From an uncultured candidate division Zixibacteria bacterium (GTDB lineage Bacteria > Zixibacteria > MSB-5A5 > UBA10806), in assembly GCA_963817915.1 (NCBI GenBank), contig CAWFQL010000006.1, forward strand, positions 128,001-192,000: a stretch of DNA of 64,000 nt. Reading direction: 5' to 3'. The position numbers and the translations under genes are program-made. This document shows positions 57,126 to 64,000 of the stretch, piece by piece. The first letter of the stretch is position 1; each line of letters begins with the position of its first letter. The notes beneath the pieces are model-generated. The model worked only from the letters and a program-made list of their open reading frames with translations, did not search any database and was not told the DNA's origin.

Positions 57126-58109
57126 TTACCACTCAATTAGTGCTGACCCCCATGTAAATCCCGCGCCGAATGCCACCAGGATAATCTTATCGTTTTGTTT
57201 TACGCGACCTTCCCTGACGGCTTCATCAAGGGCGATTGGAATAGATGCCGCGGAAGTGTTGCCATACTTGTGAATATTAATAAAAACCCGATCCATCGGG
57301 AGTTTGATTCTTTTTGCTGTGGCCTCGATAATTCTGATATTGGCCTGATGAGGAATCATTAGGCTGATATCATCTGATGTGGTATGTGAGTTTTCCAAAA
57401 TTCTCGTTGCCGCTTCTCCCATGGCCTTGACTGCAGACTTGAAAACTTCGGGGCCTTCCATTTTGATATATCGTTTGCCGTTATTGACATTTTCCATTGA
57501 GATCGGGAGTCTTCCCGCTCCAGCCGGGACTTCCAAAAGATGACTCAAAGAGCCATCGCTTTTGAGATATGTTTCAAGGATTCCGCCGGGTATATCGGAT
57601 GCGGACACTACCGCGGCTCCTGAACCATCGCCGAAGAGAACGCAGGTATTGCGATCCTTCCAATTTACAAGGCGAGATAATGTTTCTACCCCGACGACAA
57701 GAACATTTTTCATCTGGCCTATTAGGATGAAGGCCCGGGCGATGGATAGCCCATAAATGAATCCTGAACACGCGGCCGCGAGATCCATTACCGCGGCGTT
57801 GGATGCGCCGAGCCTCGGCTGAAGTATACAGGCGGTGGAAGGTAAGGGCGCGTCCGGAGTTACAGTCGCGACAATAATCAAATCGAGTTTTTCGGCAGAA
57901 ATACCTGCCATCTCAAGCGCTTTCTGCGAAGCAGCTAAGGCGAGATCGGATGAGGCGATATGTGATGGCGCGATGCGCCGTTCTTTAACGCCCGATCTTG
58001 TTGTAATCCATTCGTCGCTGGTTTCGACCATTTTTTCCAAATCGGCATTAGTCAAAACCTGATCCGGCACCGAAGAGCCGGTCCCAATTATTCTGGCATA
58101 TTTTTTCAT
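57126..58109 (-). CDS. fabH: 3-oxoacyl-ACP synthase III
   Basis: AACSGF, LFGDG, PHQAN, GNTSAAS, FGAG. Confidence 0.96.
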   Translation of the reverse strand: MKKYARIIGTGSSVPDQVLTNADLEKMVETSDEWITTRSGVKERRIAPSHIASSDLALAASQKALEMAGISAEKLDLIIVATVTPDAPLPSTACILQPRLGASNAAVMDLAAACSGFIYGLSIARAFILIGQMKNVLVVGVETLSRLVNWKDRNTCVLFGDGSGAAVVSASDIPGGILETYLKSDGSLSHLLEVPAGAGRLPISMENVNNGKRYIKMEGPEVFKSAVKAMGEAATRILENSHTTSDDISLMIPHQANIRIIEATAKRIKLPMDRVFINIHKYGNTSAASIPIALDEAVREGRVKQNDKIILVAFGAGFTWGSALIEW

Positions 58110-58113
58110 ATTA

Positions 58114-59163
58114 TTAAGGCTTGATTTTGACCTCGGAAGGCGTGAAAGAGCCGTTGGCAGCCAGGCGAGTTTCGATCAGGGAATTGATCTTTTTTTCAAC
58201 CATCAGTTTAGTCATTCCAACGGCGTTCATGATTGCTTTTGGTGATGAATTGCCATGGCAGATGATGGAAACACCATTAATGCCAAGCAACGGAGCTCCG
58301 CCGTATTCAGCGGCATCGAGATTCTTTTTTAGATTTTTGAATGCCGGTTTCAGCAAGAGGGCTCCAATTTTGGCGAGAAGATTGACGCGCACCTGCCGTC
58401 TGACAATCTCGCCCAGAAAACTATCAATTGATTCCGCGAATTTGAGGATAATATTGCCGACAAAACCATCGCAGACCACCACATCAGCCTTCCCCTTGAG
58501 AATATCTCTCCCTTCAATATTTCCGGTAAAATTAAAGTCGGCAGCCGAAAGAAGTTTATGTGAGGCAACCGTGAGTTCATTGCCTTTCGATTTTTCTTCA
58601 CCGATCGAGAGCAACCCGACCTTGGGATTTTCATTGGAGAAAATATGCGAGTAATAGATTGCCCCCATGAGAGCGAATTGATAAAGATTCAGTGCTTTGC
58701 AATCGGAATTGGCGCCGACATCGAGAACCAGGGCGTGGCCTTTTTCGGTCGGGAAAAAGGCTCCGATAGCCGGACGACTGACCGACTTCAACCGCCCCAA
58801 AATAAGGAGCGACGCGGCCATGACTGCGCCAGTATTGCCGGCGGAAACAAAGGCGTCGGCCTGCCCGTTTTTCTGAAGAGTTAGGCTGACAGCGATCGAT
58901 GAATCCGGCTTCTTTCGAATCGATTCAGCAGGCTCGTCACCCATTTCGATAACTTCGCTGCTATGCTTAATGCGAATCGGCAAATTCTCGGCATTGAGAT
59001 TTTTGAGCTCAGCCTTGATTTTATCGGAATCGCCAACCAATACCAGTTCGACCTCATTTCCATAGGCCTTGTGGGCAAGTACGGCCCCGGCCACTATAGA
59101 AAATGGAGCGTAGTCGCCACCCATGGCATCGATAGCGACAATGGTTTTTTTCTTATCAGACAT
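58114..59163 (-). CDS. plsX: Phosphate acyltransferase
   Basis: IDAMGGDYAP, SAGNTGA, LDVGAN, GNIEG, DGFVGN, CHGNS. Confidence 0.96.
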   Translation of the reverse strand: MSDKKKTIVAIDAMGGDYAPFSIVAGAVLAHKAYGNEVELVLVGDSDKIKAELKNLNAENLPIRIKHSSEVIEMGDEPAESIRKKPDSSIAVSLTLQKNGQADAFVSAGNTGAVMAASLLILGRLKSVSRPAIGAFFPTEKGHALVLDVGANSDCKALNLYQFALMGAIYYSHIFSNENPKVGLLSIGEEKSKGNELTVASHKLLSAADFNFTGNIEGRDILKGKADVVVCDGFVGNIILKFAESIDSFLGEIVRRQVRVNLLAKIGALLLKPAFKNLKKNLDAAEYGGAPLLGINGVSIICHGNSSPKAIMNAVGMTKLMVEKKINSLIETRLAANGSFTPSEVKIKP

Positions 59164-59348
59164 TATTTCTTTTCAGTAATTGCGACTACTTCGCGGCCTC
59201 TATACCATCCGCAATGCGGGCAGATTTGATGAGGAAGTTTCGGTTCGTGGCAATGCGAGCATGTGACAACGTTAGGTTTTTCGAGTTTCCAGTTGGTGCG
59301 CCGTTTTGCACCCCTGGTTTTCGAATGACGTCTTTTTGGTAGTGGCAT
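59163..59348 (-). CDS. rpmF: 50S ribosomal protein L32
   Basis: MPLPKRRHSK..CxxC..PH..CxxCG.Y. Confidence 0.95.
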   Translation of the reverse strand: MPLPKRRHSKTRGAKRRTNWKLEKPNVVTCSHCHEPKLPHQICPHCGWYRGREVVAITEKK

Positions 59349-59417
59349 AGTACTCCTTTATTAGTATTGGTCCAATTCAAATCATGGCCTATAAACCGTG
59401 ATTATACTTAAAAAACA

Positions 59418-59927
59418 TTATTCGTCAAAGAGTTGTTTCAGGGCGTCCCATCTTTCGTCGGTTTTGTCGGGTGTGCAATCGCATTCTCCCTCATTGAGAT
59501 TGACCCCGCACATCGGGCAAAGTCCCTGGCAATTTTCCGAACACAAGGGCTTCAGAGGCATTTCCAGTATTAAAGCTTCGCGCACTCTCTCGGAAATATC
59601 GTACTCACTAACCGTCTTGGGCAGGATAATGAAATCTTCATCATTGGAGTCCTGCGGGTCGACAGTTTCAAGCATTTGGATAACGAATCGCATTCTGGCG
59701 TTGATGGCTTCATCGAAAACTTCGAGGCATCGGGAGCATTCGAGTTCGACCATTGTGGATACTCTGCCGTCCACGATAATCTCGTCGCCGGATCTATTGA
59801 GTTGGAGCTGGCCTTCGATCGGTTCCGGAAATCCCGCGCCTTCGATATTCAATTCCAGGTCCTCGGCGGACGTCGAAAAGTCAATTTCATCGCCTTCGGG
59901 CTTTGATTGCCTCAAGTCTATTTTCAT
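59418..59927 (-). CDS. yceD: YceD/DUF177 family protein
   Basis: CSRCL, PLKPLCSENCQGLCPMCG.NLN, DERW; conserved position before rpmF. Confidence 0.92.
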   Translation of the reverse strand: MKIDLRQSKPEGDEIDFSTSAEDLELNIEGAGFPEPIEGQLQLNRSGDEIIVDGRVSTMVELECSRCLEVFDEAINARMRFVIQMLETVDPQDSNDEDFIILPKTVSEYDISERVREALILEMPLKPLCSENCQGLCPMCGVNLNEGECDCTPDKTDERWDALKQLFDE

Positions 59928-60120
59928 AAGTTCAAAAATAAATAGTCAAGAGCCCAAAGTGTCAAGGCAATTTTAGCAAAAGAGACGACATCTGAATAGA
60001 TATTATTTGCTTTTTTGACGAATAAAATTTGCATTTTCCTGCAAATTCCAATAGAAATCACTGGAGATTCGGGATGGGGCGTAAGTAGCAACATTTGAAA
60101 GATATCGGCGTAATCAAAAT

Positions 60121-62415
60121 ATGAATTTAATTTCGGGAAAATTTAATAAACTAATTAAAATCTCGAGCGTTTTGATCCTGATAGGATTTTTCCAAAATAT
60201 TCTTGCCCAGGAATCATTTACGCCGAATATCAAGCCGTCGTTATCTGTTCCAAGAATTTCAGGCGAAATCAAAATTGACGGCGACTTGAATGATTCCGGC
60301 TGGGTCGGCGCGGCAGTGGCAATGAATTTCACAGAGAATTTCCCGGACAATAAAACCGAACCGCCGGTCAAAACAGAGGTTAGGCTCACATATAATGATA
60401 AATATCTTTATGTAGCATTTATTGCCAGCGACAAGCCGGAAGAGGTCAGGTCAAACCTTCATGATCGCGATGATATCTGGAACGATGATTATATCGGAAT
60501 TATTTTGGATACTTGGGGGGACGCGTCAACGGCTTACGAGTTATTTGTCAACCCGACAGGAATACAAGGCGATGGGTTACAAAATCTGCAGGGCGAGGAT
60601 ATCAGTTTCGATATCGTATACGAATCCAAGGGGAAAGTTGTTGATAACGGCTACCAGGTGGAATTGGCGATACCATTCAGCAGTCTCCGTTTCCCCGAAA
60701 AGCCCGAGCAGGAATGGAAGGCGACATTCTGGCGGACTCATCCGCGCGAAAGCCGAAGCACCTACACGTGGGCATATATAGATGATAATAATCCCTGCTG
60801 GATATGCGAATTCGGCACGCTGACCGGAATCAGGAATGTCAAACCTGGCGGCAGTGTAGAGATTTTGCCATCGATAGTAGGCTCTCAATCGGCGGAGCTT
60901 CGCGATGGCGGGAATCCTGATTCGGGGCTAAAATATAATAAAATCGGCAATAGCATTGGGGTCGGGGTTCGATATTTTTTATCATCGAGTATGACTGCCG
61001 AGGCCGCCTACAACCCAGATTTCAGCCAGGTCGAATCCGATCCGGCGCAGATCGATGTCAATACGACATTCGCGTTATTTTTCCCTGAGAAACGGCCATT
61101 CTTCCAGGAAGGAAGCGGTCTTTTTGATACCTGGCATAAAGTATTTTATACCAGATCGATCAATGACCCATTGGGGGCTATTCGTTTGACAGGCCGAATC
61201 AAGAAGACCGATATCGCTGTACTGACCGCTTATGACCGCCATTCGCCATTGATTCTTCCATTTCAAGAACAAAGCGAGGTTATTCCTTCGATTGGCAAGA
61301 GCTTTTCGAATATTATTCGAGTGAGGCAAAATATCTTGGAAAATTCTTATGTCGGGTTAATCGGGGTGACCCGGGCGAGAGAAAAAGGCGGATCGGGGAC
61401 GTCATTCGGAACGGATGGTTTTATTCGGTTTCTAACAAATTACCGTTTCAAATGGCAATTCCTTGGCAGCAATACTGTCGAGCCGAACGATACATTGGTC
61501 ACAAGAGGATTGAACAATATCCTATTTGACTCTGGCAAACATACGGCTGCATTCGATGGCGAATCTTACATGGGCGCCGCTTCATATGTGGGTGTCGACC
61601 GCAGCGCCAAACATTGGAATTTCAATCTCAGCTATGTGGAATTGAGCCCGACATTTCGCGCGGATAATGGTTTCGTGACTCAAAATGACCAGAGGATGGC
61701 GGAATTATATTCTGACTACACATTTTATCCGGAATCTAAATTCCTGAAACGAATTTCGCCAAGTGTTGAGATGGCGCGTGAATGGGACTACAGCGGCAAG
61801 AAGAAAGATGAATGGATTATACCCAATCTCTATCTTCTATTCACCGCGCAAACGAGCATCAATATTAACTATGTCTACACCAAGGAAATATTCCATCAAA
61901 TCGATTTCCCTAAAATGGAACGAGCATCATTCGAGATCAGCAGCGATTTCAGCGAGCCGTTGAAGGCGGGTTTCGATATCACATCGGGCTCATTCATTGC
62001 CAGATTCCTCGACCCTCCGGTCATGAGCAAGGGAACGGTTTCAGAAGCGTGGATGACGATTCAACCATTCACCATGCTGATAATCCAACCGGAATTCCAA
62101 TATGAAAAATTCAATAATAAGGACACAAACGGGCGCCTGTTCGAAGGATATGTTCTCAGAACAAAATTGAATATACAATTCTCTCGGGAGCTTCTGCTCA
62201 GAACAGTCGTGCAAATATATCGTTCTCATATATATACTGAGGGCATGGATGACAACAGCCTGGCGTTTGAACCATTGCTGACATACAAGATCAATCCATT
62301 CACAATCTTCTACATAGGTTCGGGCAATAATTTCTACGAATTTCCCGACAAGCCTGGACTGAGATCAACAAGCCGTCAATACTTCGCGAAATTCCAGTAT
62401 CTATTCAGAATATAG
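60121..62415 (+). CDS. CBM9-like / DUF5916-type outer membrane protein
   Basis: IKIDGDLND..W, YNDKYLYV, ELAIPFSSLRF, NPDFSQVESD, FFPEKRPFFQEG; ends KFQYLFRI. Confidence 0.85.
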   Translation: MNLISGKFNKLIKISSVLILIGFFQNILAQESFTPNIKPSLSVPRISGEIKIDGDLNDSGWVGAAVAMNFTENFPDNKTEPPVKTEVRLTYNDKYLYVAFIASDKPEEVRSNLHDRDDIWNDDYIGIILDTWGDASTAYELFVNPTGIQGDGLQNLQGEDISFDIVYESKGKVVDNGYQVELAIPFSSLRFPEKPEQEWKATFWRTHPRESRSTYTWAYIDDNNPCWICEFGTLTGIRNVKPGGSVEILPSIVGSQSAELRDGGNPDSGLKYNKIGNSIGVGVRYFLSSSMTAEAAYNPDFSQVESDPAQIDVNTTFALFFPEKRPFFQEGSGLFDTWHKVFYTRSINDPLGAIRLTGRIKKTDIAVLTAYDRHSPLILPFQEQSEVIPSIGKSFSNIIRVRQNILENSYVGLIGVTRAREKGGSGTSFGTDGFIRFLTNYRFKWQFLGSNTVEPNDTLVTRGLNNILFDSGKHTAAFDGESYMGAASYVGVDRSAKHWNFNLSYVELSPTFRADNGFVTQNDQRMAELYSDYTFYPESKFLKRISPSVEMAREWDYSGKKKDEWIIPNLYLLFTAQTSININYVYTKEIFHQIDFPKMERASFEISSDFSEPLKAGFDITSGSFIARFLDPPVMSKGTVSEAWMTIQPFTMLIIQPEFQYEKFNNKDTNGRLFEGYVLRTKLNIQFSRELLLRTVVQIYRSHIYTEGMDDNSLAFEPLLTYKINPFTIFYIGSGNNFYEFPDKPGLRSTSRQYFAKFQYLFRI

Positions 62416-62530
62416 AGCGGGCAACAATCTAAGGGGCAGTCGGGACGACTGCCGCCCGGCTTAAACGCGCATAAGGAAACTCGATAGATTCCGGCTCGGA
62501 GACCGGAATGACAAGCTGTTCTTTGTTGCT

Positions 62531-62706
62531 CGGCCCGGGTTCCGACTCTTCACTTCGTGAAGAGAGAAACCCATCAAACCAAAACCACTAAACTAATATT
62601 GGCAATATCACATTATTCGAAACCTATCGACTATAATTCCATAGGGTTTCTTGACTGGCGAGCAGCGCATTTTTCTGCCAGTCGCCGGTCATCGGAACCC
62701 GGGCCG
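62531..62706 (+). repeat. Structured intergenic element, four-way junction (copy B)
   Basis: Stems 62531-45/62692-706, 62546-53/62557-64, 62565-72/62644-51, 62652-61/62682-91, with no unpaired junction bases. Confidence 0.75.
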
Positions 62707-62780
62707 GCGAAGCGAAGTACAATCATATTGATTTTTTCCGATAATTACTTTATATACCATGCCTTAAGGAGGAAGCGATT

Positions 62781-64000
62781 TTGGATTACTTCAAACGAAC
62801 AAAAATATCCGCGATACTCAGTAACCCGAACAAGCCAGCAGATAATGTTATTGTCATGGGTTGGGTGCGAACAAGAAGAGATTCGGCGAACCTGACATTT
62901 CTCGAAGTCAATGACGGCAGCTGCCTGGCAAATCTTCAGATTATAATCGAAAATCCTGAACGATTCAAAGACCTACAGGAAATCAAACTCGGCGCATCGG
63001 TCCGAATGGTTGGGAAATTGGTGGCAGTCCCCGAACGGGAGCACAAGATCGAGCTTCATCCCAATGATTTGTCGATGCTTGGCGTTTGTCCTCCGGAATA
63101 TCCAATGCAGAAGAAACGGCACTCATTTGAGTATTTGCGTGAAATAGCCCATCTGCGGCCACGGACTAACACGTTCGGAGCGATCAATCGCCTCAGGAGC
63201 AAGATATCATACGCTATTCATAAATTTTTCCAGGAGCGGGGATTCTATTATATTCATGCCCCGATAATCACAGCTACAGATTGCGAAGGCGCCGGCGAAC
63301 AATTCTGGGTTACTACTCTCGATTTGGAAAATCTGCCGAAAATCGATGGCAAGGTTGATTACGATAAGGACTTTTTTGGGGCGAAGACATTTCTGACAGT
63401 ATCCGGCCAGCTCGAAGCTGAAATAATGGCCACAGCATTGGGCGATGTTTACACATTCGGGCCGACATTCAGAGCGGAAAATTCCAATACAACCAGACAT
63501 CTTTCGGAATTTTGGATGATTGAGCCGGAGATGTCATTCTGCGATCTTAATGAAGATATGCAATTGGCCGGGGAATTCCTGATGTATCTTTTTGATTACG
63601 CCTTAACCGAATGCCGCGATGAAATGGAATTCTTTAATAAATGGATCGAGCATGATCGAATTAAAACCTTGGAGACTATAGTTAAATCCAAATTCGAAAT
63701 AATAACTTACACTGAGGCTATTAATATCTTAAAGAAATCCGGTAAAAATTTCGAATTCCCGGTCGAATGGGGTTCCGACCTGCAGGCAGAACATGAAAAA
63801 TATCTATGTGATGAACATATCAAGGGGCCAGTGATTGTAAGAGATTATCCACGTCAAATCAAAGCATTCTATATGCGTCTCAATGACGACGAAAAAACAG
63901 TAGCGGCCATGGATGTGCTAGTACCGCAAATCGGCGAAATTATCGGAGGAAGTCAGAGAGAAGAACGATACGACCGTTTGATGGATCAGATAAAGTATTT
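62781..64000 (+). CDS. asnS: Asparagine--tRNA ligase (runs off the window)
   Basis: TTG start after AAGGAGG; GWVRTRRDS..FLEVNDGS, HLRPRTN, DCEGAGE, LTVSGQL, FRAENSNT.RHL.EFWMIEPE, GEIIGGSQREE. Confidence 0.95.
   Translation, partial: MDYFKRTKISAILSNPNKPADNVIVMGWVRTRRDSANLTFLEVNDGSCLANLQIIIENPERFKDLQEIKLGASVRMVGKLVAVPEREHKIELHPNDLSMLGVCPPEYPMQKKRHSFEYLREIAHLRPRTNTFGAINRLRSKISYAIHKFFQERGFYYIHAPIITATDCEGAGEQFWVTTLDLENLPKIDGKVDYDKDFFGAKTFLTVSGQLEAEIMATALGDVYTFGPTFRAENSNTTRHLSEFWMIEPEMSFCDLNEDMQLAGEFLMYLFDYALTECRDEMEFFNKWIEHDRIKTLETIVKSKFEIITYTEAINILKKSGKNFEFPVEWGSDLQAEHEKYLCDEHIKGPVIVRDYPRQIKAFYMRLNDDEKTVAAMDVLVPQIGEIIGGSQREERYDRLMDQIKY

Noticed and set aside
52498..59976. Long plus-strand ORFs opposite the fab cluster (e.g. 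58121-58654, 59398-59976)
   Set aside because: Antisense shadows of well-conserved minus-strand genes
62557..62895. 112-aa ORF upstream of and overlapping asnS; also a T-box leader
   Set aside because: The ORF runs through the structured element and out of frame into asnS; no T-box GGTGGNACCGCG motif seen

Overview
Bacterial chromosomal window, most genes on the minus strand. The many secreted proteins with T9SS/FlgD-type C-terminal domains, the PorV-like barrel and the kinase-TPR proteins suggest an FCB-group organism such as Zixibacteria (inference only). It contains a complete rRNA operon (16S, tRNA-Ile, tRNA-Ala, 23S, 5S) whose 23S gene carries a 442-nt ORF-less group I intron at E. coli position 1923 (the I-CeuI site, helix 69). 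Also present: tRNA-Thr(CGU), tldD/tldE, a TonB-dependent receptor + CTD protein + PorV-like + lipoprotein operon, four tandem paralogous secreted beta-propeller-like genes, two Ser/Thr kinase and sigma54-activator modules, the yceD-rpmF-plsX-fabH-fabD-fabG-acpP-fabF-rnc-etfB cluster, a CBM9/DUF5916-like protein and the start of asnS. The most unusual non-coding signal is two sequence-divergent 176-bp intergenic elements (14730-14905 and 62531-62706) that fold into the same perfect four-way junction with covarying stems and a variable AT-rich loop. Many single-base frameshifts are probably assembly errors.
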